A stretch of 64,000 bases of DNA, taken from NCBI GenBank assembly GCA_048128005.1, contig JBEUKZ010000069.1, positions 372,001-436,000 on the forward strand, written 5' to 3'. The notes under the pieces were generated by a model. That model did not search any database. It saw only the letters and a list, made by a program, of their open reading frames with translations, and was not told the DNA's origin. This stretch comes from Veleropilina oligotropha (taxonomy: Eukaryota). Both the position numbers and the translations under genes were made by a program. Positions 13,800-25,800 of this stretch are shown here, in pieces; within the stretch, counting starts at the first letter, position 1; each line of letters opens with the position of its first letter.

Positions 13800-14538
13800 G
13801 TGCTTTAGTGTCACTGATAGACAAGTCAGTTATCCATGACTAGGAGCATTTCAGTTAATGATATAATTCATTTTGTTACTTTCTTATTTATTTGCAAGAT
13901 TATTAATTTGGCATTTGGGTATCATTAAATGATAGATAATTATATAGAGAATAGGATCATTTCAGATGAGTATATAATAATATATATATTTTTTATCATT
14001 ATATTACTTTGATATTTGTTACATGGTCACGATTTTAATGTGTGTGCATCGATAATCAAATCGACACGACCAATACATTATAAAATAATTTAATGTGATA
14101 TCATATTGAGCACAAGTCAGTGCAAGAATGATGTAATTTTTTATATTATTTATAATAAAGAGTATTTTATTGATTTTGTGGTAACGATTTCAGCTAACCG
14201 TACCTATTTGATATGCCAAGTATCCGTTGTCTTCCATATTTAATATTCATGTGACATGTTGCAGTATACATAACAGCATAACAAATTAAACATTTAATAA
14301 AATCCAACAAAATCATATGCAGTGAATATTGTTATTCAAATGACAATTTCCTTGCAACGAATGTGATTTGTATCGATTATAATACCATGTTTTCACAACC
14401 ATCTGGCTCATACCAGGCTACCCGAACGGCCCAACAGAAATACAAAGAAGTGGCATTACAAATAAAGTCATTATAATATGTCTCTTTCAGTTTTTAGACA
14501 ATAGCTTGTAGAACCAGCGAAAGTCTGTAAACCAACAA

Positions 14539-15941
14539 TTAGATTGTTTTCAGATATTCAACAATGTGTTCCCGTTTTCTAAGTCCCTGTGCGTTATTGG
14601 GCAACACATTATCAAAACAATTGACATCTGGTTCATCCTGTAGGAAGTCTTCAACATCTTCCTCATGAAGCAAACATATATTTCTTAACACACATGCTGC
14701 TAAAATTAGCTTGCAGATATCTTCAATATTAGACCACCTTACATATTTCAGAATGTGAAACCGTCCTTTTAGTAGCCCGAATACTCGTTCGATAACCATT
14801 CTAGTGGATGAATGCAGGTAATTATATCGGATTTTATCAGCGTTCAGATTTCCATTATCTTTGAAAGGAGTCATCAGAAAAGATGTCAGAGGATATGCGC
14901 TGTCTCCCAGTAGATGAATATCTGGTGCACATTTTTGGTATCCGGTGTTGAACAGCGAGTTTCGAAAAACCCGTGCATCGTGAACAGACCCTGGCCATCC
15001 TACTACACAGTCGATGAAATTCATGTTGTCATCCCAGACTGCTTGCAATAGAATGGAATGGAATCGTTTTCTATTCACGTACGTTTCAGGATATTCAGCA
15101 GGACAAATGATTGGAATATGACATCCATCGATAGCTCCTAATATGCCAGGGAAACCTCTTTTTTCTGCAAAAGATTGGGCTATCAGAGGGCGTTCTTCGA
15201 TCGCTGGCCATTTGATGAACTTTGGTAGCAGATGTACATTTATTACGTCAATGAATTTGTGGACATAATAGTGTACAGTTGATCTGCTCATATCAAAGCG
15301 CTCTGCAAGTATATCCATATTTTCATTGGTAGCTAGAGTCCACAATAGTACGGCAAGTGCTTTGTTCACTGGAATAGGTGGTCGACCCCCTTTCGTTGCA
15401 TAATTTAGTTCCGAATACTGACGTAATTCAGTGGCAATGACATTGAACGATCCCAGAGACACCCTGAAGCGTTGCCTAAATGTTGTAGGTTCGTACATAG
15501 GGACGGTCTCTTCAAAATATCCAACAATTCTGATTGCATCTGTCCGCTTTCTGCAAATAATAAATAGGAAAATAGGGAACATTATGCATACACGCTGGTG
15601 AGTAAATTACACACACACGCTCTATATAATAATTGACTGTGTGAAGAGAATTAATCACTCTGTAGGCCTATATGTATTCTTTGAAAATGCAATACTGTAT
15701 CTGAAATGGATTGTTCTACAATATATTTGACTAATTATCTCCCCTTATTTACAATTATATTCATGTATATGTGATATTAAGTTTACATAGCGACGTACAC
15801 TTTTCTCAATATGGAAGAATACAACATAATTTCATCATCTTTTGATGCGTTCAGTTCCTCATCGTCATTATCATCAATTACATCGATGAAAAGTCCAATT
15901 ACAGCTGCAATTACAGCACTGTTGTTGTCTGCCGTCGCCAT
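14539..15941 (-). CDS. Harbinger DDE transposase (HARBI1-like, DDE_Tnp_4), two exons
   Basis: Motifs GAIDGCHIPI, GSVHDARVFRNS, LLGDSAYP and RMVIERVFGLLKGRF. Acidic exon 1 (15941-15799) joins exon 2 (from 15550) across a phase-consistent GTACGT...TTTGCAG intron. Confidence 0.9.
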
Positions 15942-17989
15942 GTTATTTAAACGGGTTTAGGAATATGCGTCCGGTTCAGTCAAGTATTCCGTATTCTCGG
16001 AATAGATATTCCTATTCCGGAATAGGGTGAATCGGATACGCCCTGTTGACATTTCGGGATACTGTTTAGTGATGTTCATTTCCCTGTGCGATTTCCGTCT
16101 AAGCGTGCAGTGTTTACTCTATTATTCAAATAAAATTGATTGGCTCGCCAATTGTAGCTATTTAAAGGAACGCAGTAATTGCTCGAAGCTCTCAGTCCTG
16201 TGTCGTTCTCTTTCGTGTTGAAATGCCTGTGATGCAAGTTTTCGTGAGTGTAAGTGATGTAACGTCTTGTGTTGTCCATTTTGTCTTAACCCCGTCAATT
16301 TTGTTATGTAGAGAGCTACTTCCTTTCCTTTTTGACAACTATAATTCATAAAAGCGACCCTTAATTATCACTAACAGTCTATAGTTTTCCGTAATGATGT
16401 TCCCTTCCTATCTGGTAATGATCTTAATAATGGAATTTACGTTTGCTAATTATAATTATTTATATTATGTGCTCCATTTTAGTAATAGGTTATTGATAAT
16501 TATGTTTGTAACTTACGCGACTTAGTCGACCTTGCGGTGACGAATTGCGAACTTTCCTTACGTATGCGGTCAAGAACGAAGACAATTGTACGCGCGGTGA
16601 AGATTGTATTGTATCCGCCTTGGTCTAAATATCATGTTTAGCTTAAACTTATTGTTCGTAGATTATTATGTAATGACACTGCTATAAGTTAAATTGTTAG
16701 CTCATGCCAATGTGATTTTTTACATTCTTTTAGCGAGGTAACTTTAATTACTGGTTAATGGTAACATGACTATTTTTTACTCTCGATGCGATAAACTTAA
16801 TATAACGGTTAAACTTAATATAATTACGGAGTGCTAATTATGCATTTTCGTTCTTAAGTTCATTACGCGGGGATGTATTTTCTTTATATTCTAAGACTCA
16901 AATTTGTATGATGTGAATCTTGTTCTTGGTGCGTAAAGTTATGTACGCTATACCTCTGCGAGTTGCCGATCCGAACCGAGGCTAAAATACGCCTCTAATC
17001 GCATATATCGACTTCTACTCTGGTGGTGAGGGTTGTTTAATGACGAAGATCGTTAGAAGAACGATCGTCATTGCGATGACAACGTCGTGTTCGTGTTTGT
17101 TTATGTCGACGGACATTTTCGGCCTCTGATGCGTGTTATCGGGTTTTGATATATTTCAAGATTCACATAGCAGTTTGCTAGTTGACATGGTTCAACTTTA
17201 ATTACTAGTGTCATTTTTGTAAATTTATCCGTTGAGATATTAACTATGTTTTCTCCCCGTATTTTGTATTTAAATACTTTTTCAAAGTTTAATCGCTATT
17301 CGATCTCCGGTCACAAAGTGTTGCACTCAAACCTTGTGTTATCGTTATGTTTATACCAAATTATTCCTGCTGTAAGTTTCAATTCAATCATTAACTAAAG
17401 CTTATTATGTCAACTTGTTACATCACTATAAATTGTACCTACAATCAAGTGAAATTATATAAAATTGTGATATTGTCAACGCTTGATGCGTAATAAAAAA
17501 AGCAAGGGTTAATAAACGAATATATTAGTTTATGGATATCTCTTGTTGATTGGAATATATAACGGTTTGAGCGAAGCAAAGTTTACGTCGGGAAAAGACG
17601 TTTTGTTTATCTGAAATTTGAGAGTATGGTCCATCCCAACACACAAATTCATACGCGATATATTTTCGTACGGAATCCACGTGGCGCCGTTTTCATGTAT
17701 AATCTGGACCGAGTGTGTCTATGTACTCTGGTGGTGGCAGTTTAATAACTAAATATTATATGATACATTGGCTCCTCTTTACAGATTATTGGTAAGCGTT
17801 TGCTATCGCCACTCTATGGGACGAATTATGGGTGGAATCAGTTGGCCTTGTTGTTATAGTCAGCCTTGCAGTGGTTTAACGTGACCGACAGTTGGGGCAC
17901 GCTACCTTACATCTGTCGAGTTGTCGGTTACGGGAGACTACTGCGTGTCTGAAATAATGTTTGGTAACATACACGCGGCGTTGTGAGAC

Positions 17990-18300
17990 CGCTCCGGTTC
18001 GCCACACTTCCCTCACAGCTCCGGCTTTTACTTAACATTGGAAATCCGGTTTTTCATCTTCGATAAAAGGACGATTTTGGACGCGCCATTAATGTTAAAT
18101 CCATGGGGACTAGCAACAGGTGAACCTCGGTCAGTCCAGGCTCACGGGGCGGTCCGGTGTGTATACGTTTGTAAAGCCAATACAACTACGTACCCATCAC
18201 GTGTATCTTATCATAGGCCGTGAATTTAAGACAAATAAAAGCCGGAGCTCCTTAAATATGTATAAAAGCCGGATCTGTGGGGAAGTACCGAAAGAGCACC
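17990..18300. mobile_element. Small MITE-like inverted-repeat element
   Basis: acttccctcacagctccggctttta (~18006) pairs in inverted orientation with taaaagccggatctgtggggaagt (~18263). Confidence 0.4.
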
Positions 18301-19247
18301 AGTTGCGTCTTCGGACCATATTATTTGCATTTATATACTCATCTTATACATTTTAAACAGTTTGACGAATTTTACTCAGCAAATTTAAATTAATAAATAA
18401 GTATTTGTTTTGCCAGACGGAATCTGTAAAATATACCTGACTTAATAGATGTTAAAGTATTTTGCTTCCTATCTTTTTAATATTGGAGTCTTTGCAGAGT
18501 CGCCCAAATTTAGATTGGTTGGACATTCTTATAAAGAAAACAAAGTGAATGTTTGCACGCACGGAGAGTCCAATATTGCCCTTTAAAACGGAAATAGCTT
18601 TATATACAGGTACATGCACAGGTGGAGGCTTATAGTGTGCGCTGTGTCTCTCATGCCTTCACAATTGCGCAGCTCGTTATTTGCATGTTGACACGATATT
18701 CATTATCCACTCCGTCGAGCGCATTAGGCGTGACACGCGGATAGTGATATCACTTGCATATCTACCAAGCATGCAGGTCTCCATTCACATTGGATGAGGA
18801 GACCGGTGCAAAATTAAATAGGCATGTGCATATTTCTTTGACCAAGGAAAGACCGCGAAATGACGACTTGACGGCGAGCGTGCGCGAGCAGATGTCTCTG
18901 ATCTACCCTGTACGACACAACCGCACAAATGTGCTTTAATTATCGCTTGCATATGAGTTACAATTGAGGTTAAAGGCCGGAATCTGCAGCCACCCGGTAG
19001 GTAGGCGAGACCTGCGCTTTTGAGGCGTGACCTTCTGTCGTCGGTGATTCAGACTTGCCTGTGAAGGTAATTGCCTATACTAAACAAACACACCATTACA
19101 TCGCACTAAATAGGTACGTCTTTTGTTATATGACTGTCAATCAACGTCGCAGTTTTGTTTCTACAATTTGCCAACTAATCATATTGTTTATAAAATCGAT
19201 TCCTCGATGTTCCCTGTCAGCTCCCAAAATCAGAAATGGGCTCGTCC

Positions 19248-19815
19248 CTATGGTGGCTGATATCTGCCATCTCGTTGTGTCGTTGTTTCGTTATGTCGCC
19301 CTGAAATACGAGGCGAAATAACGATGATTATCGTTACTTCGCTTCGTGAAACGGAGGCGACATGACGATAATTATCGTTATTTCGCCTCGTGAACGGGGC
19401 GACATAACGACACAACGAGATAATGCAAGCGACAAGACGAAATGATAGGTCGCTAATTGGCGACATAACGACACAACGAGATAATGCAAGCGACAAGACG
19501 AAATGATAGGTCGCTAATTAGCGACCTATCATTTCGTCTTGTCGCTTGCATTATCTCGTTGTGTCGTTAAGCGACAAGACGAAATGATAGGTCGCTAATT
19601 AGCGACCTATCATTTCGTCTTGTCGCTTGCATTATCTCGTTGTGTCGTTATGTCGCCAATTAGCGACCTATCATTTCGTCTTGTCGCTTGCATTATCTCG
19701 TTGTGTCGTTATGTCGCCCCGTTCACGAGGCGAAATAACGATAATTATCGTCTTGTCGCCTTCCGGTTCACGACGCGAAATAACGATAATTATCGTCCCG
19801 TCGCCTTCCGTTTTG
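19248..19815. repeat. Foldback-type long palindrome built from short sub-repeats
   Basis: Near-perfect inverted arms around gtcgctaa|ttagcgac; the symmetry centre occurs twice (~19517 and ~19598). The ORF track gives the same peptide on both strands. Confidence 0.85.
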
Positions 19816-19997
19816 ACATGCGCGTTTATCAAGTCGGCATATTTGCCAACGCAATGCGGGTAAGTTTGTGAAATTAAATGTTTTTTAAATCCTTAATTAC
19901 TATCTAGTACGGACATCTGTGATTCATAACTGAACAAATAATGTCATGTCCCAAGCCAGATTCAATCCCAGAACTGTTCGTGTCATTGGAATCAGGC

Positions 19998-20097
19998 ATG
20001 TGTGTGTGTGTGTGGGGGGGGGGGGGGTGCGTGCGTGTGTGCGTGCGCGCGTGTGTGTGCACGCGTGTGTGTGTGTGTGCACACGTGTGTGTGTGTA
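19998..20097. repeat. Compound (GT)n/poly-G microsatellite
   Basis: Visible directly in the sequence. Confidence 0.9.
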
Positions 20098-20565
20098 TGG
20101 CGGTGGGAGTATGACGAGATTCAACTAAATTAGGCGTACACCAATGCTCCTGATAATCGGATATGGACAATCAAGCTCTAGATGATTCTACTGGAAATAA
20201 ATTGTATAGGCCTACTGTACGTTCGCCTATAGTATTAATAAGCAATTTTCTCACATTAGGTTTGCTGATGTTTACATGCAGCTACCAGCTAATGATTTCC
20301 GTTGTTTCATATTCAGATAGCCTAACAACGGCAGCATGTATTCATCGCTGACAATTCCAATCGACGACCTCAATACCCCAAGTATTTATCGTAATTTATA
20401 GGTTAATAGTCAAACGTTTCAAGTTCTTTAATACAATAGAGTTATTTATTGACATTATTGTTTATTGATTTTGGCAATAACGATTACACAGGTAGTCTGT
20501 TAATTATCCTACATAAATATACTTTATTTATTTCATACAATCATTCGCTAAATAACAATATATAT

Positions 20566-20571
<6 letters not shown>

Positions 20572-20648
<77 letters not shown>
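20572..20648. repeat. (AT)n microsatellite
   Basis: Visible directly in the sequence. Confidence 0.95.
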
Positions 20649-20653
<5 letters not shown>

Positions 20654-21907
20654 TTGTTTAATCAAAAGCCAACTACTAGTACATGGAATTTGCATATTTC
20701 CATTGCAGGAAATGGGCTAATCAAGGAATATTTCCATGCTTCTTACTCATATTCCGAAATAATCCTGTTATTACAACTTCATCATAAAATCACAATCCGG
20801 TAAGGGAAATATAATTACACTAGCAGTCTATATATTAGTAATTTAATTTAGATACCATAATGACAAGCGGACTAACATTTTAATATCAGCCTACATTTGA
20901 CTCATTTGAAAGAGTGCCTATTGATTTTGTTTGTTATGTTTATGTCACATCTATTATAGCCTCCGACAGCTGCATAGGGTCCTAAGATCTATGGGTTTGC
21001 GTCGGAATGGAAATGTATTCGATCAAGAACTTGTGTGTGCATTACAGGTAAATTTAAGTCAAAATGTGAAACAAACTTGATGGATAGCTCTCGTTATGAT
21101 ATCAAATTTCAGTAACAATCGCCTTGTCATAAATAAACTGCTGTAAATAGTGTTATTTTAATAGGTATTTTTAAATATTTAAAGTCGGATTTCAATTGGA
21201 GACATATAAATGTAATATTGTCCTTGCAATTTCAATGTGAAGGGTTTTAGTACCGTAAAATGGTTTCTATAAGTATGCTCTTACGTTCAAGTTTTTTCTG
21301 CATCGCATTAACGATTTTAAAACAGAAATACGAAGAATTAACGGTTGATGAAAGTATATTTTTAATATTTATAGTTTATTGCATAACTGAATTAATGCAT
21401 TTAACGTATTGGGTGTTATCAGTATAGGCTTAATTTTAATGGTAATTTTCCGTAATTTCAGAATACTGTCGTTGTACAATTGTTTTAGTGGAATATTAAT
21501 TTATCAGAATTGTCCAAAGGTCGTTTTCATGATTGTCAGTCGTATGTTGTTTTAAGTTTTTATCTTGTATAGACATGTATGATAATTATTATAATATTAT
21601 TTATTTATATTTGTAAATCTTTTATATTTAGCATGAGATAGGCGGTGCTGGTTCCTCACTTGGATACCGCAGCATGTCACGGCGCTTGCTTACTCGTCAT
21701 GGTATTGCAGCTCCAAGGTAACGCAAATTTATAAATCGGGGACTACTAAATTGGTTTGCCTATTTTATTTTTAAGTTGAAAAATATGTCGGCCTTTATCA
21801 TGGTGATTCCAACGATCTTGCCACTCATTGTTAATGTGAGTTCTGACTATGCTTTTGACTTCGTTGTGGCTAAGCGGGATATTATTTAGAGTGTAATCTG
21901 GGTTTGT

Positions 21908-22060
21908 CATTCCCTTTTTGCTGCTGTGTCTGCCATTTCATTGCCTAAAATGCCTACGTGGGCTGGGATCCATTCAAGATTTATATCTATTCCTTTATCA
22001 AAAAGGGAATCATTTAATGATTTGATTTTATTGATTATATCTGGTCTTGTGTGGCAGGTA
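21908..22060 (-). pseudogene. RNase H fragment of a non-LTR retrotransposon (I-group-like)
   Basis: Hand translation of the minus strand gives RPDIINKIKSLNDSLFDKGIDINLEWIPAHVGILGNEMADTAAK, the W(I/V)PxHxGxxGNExAD RNase H motif. Confidence 0.8.
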
Positions 22061-22184
22061 CAACCTGGCAGAGGCTTACAAAACAACGAATGGCACGTGA
22101 GTAAATAGTGTAAGCTAATTCGAAAATATCGATTAAATATATTTTACTTTAGCGTAAATTCCAACAATTTCCTTATTTTACACG

Positions 22185-22375
22185 AGCAGCAGGGGGGGTC
22201 AGTAGACTTTTTAGAATGGAAAAATAAGGCTCCCAGCACCTGTTCAGAACTGAGGGGGTTGTACTGGGGGGAACTAGGGGGTTTAGACTAGGGGCCCGGG
22301 GCGGCCGGGGAGGCTCCCAGCCGTATTTCAGAACCCAGGGTAGGGCTTGTATTACAAAAGTTACCGTGTGTACAG
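22185..22375 (+). repeat. Left TIR of the Polinton-like element
   Basis: Reverse complement of 37257-37440 with mismatches and small indels (shared gggcttgtattacaaaagt and tttagactaggggcccggggcggccggg). Confidence 0.92.
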
Positions 22376-22480
22376 AGTAGTATGTAGTAAGAGCCCGTAG
22401 GGACGGCCCGTTACCCTCGCCGGCCCGGGCTCTCTTTTAGACATACCCATTGGACGGGTATATCCAATGCAAAGGATACG

Positions 22481-22768
22481 ATGAAGGGCTATGACACCTG
22501 TCAATGGCTTACCATCAGCTCCACGGAGTTATGCGGTAAGAGATGTCTGAGCGAGTATTGCAAAGTCCATCTGGCTCGGCAACGGCGAACTGGCCGGGGC
22601 ACAAAACCCTGCAGCAAATGCGGGAAGGGCGTTTTCAACCGGTTTACGCTGTGTCAGGGCTGTGGGTATCACAATGAGAACGTTAAGGACTGTGGACGAA
22701 AGAAAAGGGCCTTCGAGAGAGAGTTTCTCCGCATGGCTGCAATATACCTCACCCAAATTTCCTATTAG
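22481..22768 (+). CDS. Small Cys-rich zinc-binding protein (viral hypothetical)
   Basis: C..C..C..YCKVH followed by CSKC...CQGC; first ORF inside the left TIR. Confidence 0.6.
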   Translation: MKGYDTCQWLTISSTELCGKRCLSEYCKVHLARQRRTGRGTKPCSKCGKGVFNRFTLCQGCGYHNENVKDCGRKKRAFEREFLRMAAIYLTQISY

Positions 22769-22806
22769 AGAGGCGCTGTCCATAGTGTATACCCACCCAG
22801 CACAGG

Positions 22807-25800
22807 ATGGATGAACTGCATAATTTAGCGAAAGCTTACGGGCTTCCCGCTCGGTCGAAGCTCAAGAAGAACGACCTCATCAGGGCAATAGCCGGGGTCC
22901 GTGCTGCGGAGTTTCGGAGGAGACTCGAGCGGGAAATGAAAACGGGAAGGTTCCCCTCCATCCGTGGCGATGTGGAGAACCCCCACAAAAGAGGCCGTCG
23001 TGCTCGCGAATTGCGGCAGCTTAAGGACGAGGTCGACGCCGCCCTCAAGGCTCGTAAATACGAAACCAGGGTTGAGAAAACGCCCGGGTTGCGGCAGAAG
23101 CCACTTCGCGCCATCACGGATCGAATCGTCAAGCGGTCTCGGAAAGAGACCCTTGCCCAGGCAATTGCTCGGAAGGGGCCCGATCTTCTGAGAGATCACT
23201 TAGCCTCGGATGAATATAATTCCCTCTCCAAAACACCCCGGACAGCCCAGGACTACCAGAAGGATCTTCTAAGACTGTTTACCACAACAGAGGGGCAATT
23301 CATCGACCTGGATGACCAGGCCCCTCCCCCAGTAAGGCTCCCAGCAGACGAGCCATGGGTGGAACTCTTGAACGACGCCAAAGACGAGTTTGAGGTCGAT
23401 GGCGCCTCGGCGGCCTTCTCCACATGGAGGGTAGAAGTGGACATTAAGATCGCACACGGTATCGAAGCGAGGGCTGGCCGGCTGGCCCTGGATGCCCGTA
23501 TGACAGACGCGAGGGCGGTACAGCTTCTCACAGCCCTTCCAAAAGGCGAGTTTATCCTCAGAATCAAGTTCTTGCGTGAGTGGGGTGAAGGCGACTGGGC
23601 GGTCGAAGACAAGTTTGACCCGGTGAAAGCTGCGAGGAAGAAGGGCCAGGGTGTCGTTGAGATCTCTCAGGACACTAAGCCAGGTGCTATAACTGGCAGT
23701 CGTCTACGGCCTCTACCCTCTCAGAGAACCAAACCCCGCCAATCTGGTACCAATGAAAAACGGTGACCTTAACTGCGTTGCCCAGAGAGTGGTTGAGCAC
23801 TTCGAAGGTGCCCTGAGAGGAAACGGACTAACTCCAATCAGGCGGCAGAAAATACAGGAGTGGGAAGAGCGAGTCCATGTAACAGGCGCCACTGTGGATG
23901 ATATATCCAACCTCGAGAAGATCCTCAAACGGGCGATCATCTTGAGAGACATTGCAGGTGCGGACATCTACAACTCTGGTAAATACCGCGGTCAAGGAAA
24001 CCATACATTCAGAAACGTAGAACTCATCTGTCACAACGGCCACGCATGGTCTAAAGAGCTACACTTTCCGCAGTCTCGCGAGGTCCACATCTACGAGGGC
24101 GATGTCTGGGAAGCTATCCGACAAGCCACACGGAACGAGCCATTAGCTGTCTGGCTCCTTGGCGGTGGAGACCGACAGCTCGGCGTGGACCAGTTCGTGC
24201 TTCAAGATGGCCGCACGTACAGGACAAAAGATGATCACGAGAGACTCCAGGAATCCTGTAAGGCTCTGGGAAATGAGTCTCTTGCCGATCGAGCCTTTGG
24301 CGTGAACCATGCAGCTAGCATTATGGCCAAGGAGAACAACGGCTGGAAACCTACCCCAGCCAGCCTGCTCGATGACATCCAGAAGGCCTGTGTAGAGCAT
24401 GGTCACGGCAGCCTTTGGAATTCCATGGGCTATGATACGAGAGATGTCTGCTGCATCGATATGAAAGCATGCTACCCTGCCAGCTTTCAGGGGAAGGGCG
24501 AGGCTAAGCCGTACTTCGAAAGGTTCGGACACCCTACCCACAGCATGACTCGGGTCGCAATTAACGGTCCTCTTCCCCAAGAAATCGGTCCCGGGTTTGC
24601 TGAGGTCGTGGGGTGGGAGTTCGCACAAGAAATCCATCCCGTCATACCCGCATGGTTCGGCAAGCACTTTGCAGATAATGGTTGGGCACCAACCCCGCTG
24701 CTCGCCTTCCTCATAGAATCTGGACTGCTAAAAAGCCTCAAGATCCGAGTAGCCATCATCGCGTTCAGAAAGCAAACCGATGTCTGGCTTCCTGAGAATC
24801 GTGACCAGGGATGCAGTATCATCGGAAAATTCACCCAAGGCGCCAAGGCAGACGGTAAACGATTGACACGGAGGCTCGTGATTGACCAGGCAGAGCTGGA
24901 CTTCCTGGTAAGAGACACCCGCCAAAGCGGTACCCTGGTCGGCGCACCTCAAAGGTGCCCTATGGGTCACATCCTCACATACTATGATGGCTCCCAGCCT
25001 CAGTACGCCCACCTGAGGGCCTCGATGCTGGCCTATGCCCACATAAACCTCTTGAGCATGCTTCAGCGTTTCACCCCTGACGAGGCTGCCCGGGTAGCCA
25101 CTGACAGCATCTACCTCAAGAAGGCCTCGTTGGAGAAGCTCGACGATGTCAAGGCGTACGTTGCCCCCAAACTCTGCGACTGTGGCGATAAATCGTGCAT
25201 CTCCTGTCTGATCGGGGAGACGTACCTTCCGCCAGTAGCACCGGCCCAGTGGCATGACAAGGGCGAACAGCTGTACATGCCACAGGAACGTGCTGCATAC
25301 CTGCCCAAGCCAGAGTATCGTTGTGCCGCAAAGGACCTCCCGCCAAGCACCGCGCCATGCTACAATGATACACTGACCCACCATCGCCTGAGTTACCTCA
25401 ATGGTGGAGGGGGCTGTGGAAAGACTACGAGAGCGATCGAGCTCTTTCGGGCGAGAAACCCCATCGTGTTCACGCCTACCCACCGCCTCGCTAAAGCAAT
25501 GCGGACCAGAGGTGTCGAAGCCCAGACATACCACAGCTTCTTCCGATGGAGTGGCCAGAACGACTGGACACCCGACCGCATGGGTCAGAAGTTCATCCCC
25601 TGCGTCATTATCTGGGACGAGGTCTGTACTGTTCCCCGGCCTATCCTCGATATGTTCTTGGACTGGCTGGGCCAGCACGAAGTTCAGGTTATCTGCTGTG
25701 GCGATCAAGGCCCGCCACCACCGATTATGGGGGAGATGCCGCACGATTGGCTGCGAAAGACCGCGGACCACTATGAAGAGATCGAAGTAGACTACATGGC

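Larger units (their letters stand above)
12747..16043. mobile_element. PIF/Harbinger DNA transposon, full two-gene structure
   Basis: Imperfect ~43-bp TIRs starting GGGC (gggcctattcgattcacctattccgg / ccggaatagggtgaatcggatacgccc). Encloses convergent Myb/SANT and DDE genes. Flanking trinucleotides TAT and TGT match imperfectly. Confidence 0.9.

Noticed and set aside
16044..17969. Possible long solo LTR (TGTTG...GTAACA)
   Set aside because: No matching TSD, no second copy and no adjacent retroelement coding sequence.
19300..19800. Regular repeats resembling a CRISPR array
   Set aside because: No unique spacers and no cas genes; the repeats are arranged as a palindrome in eukaryotic DNA.
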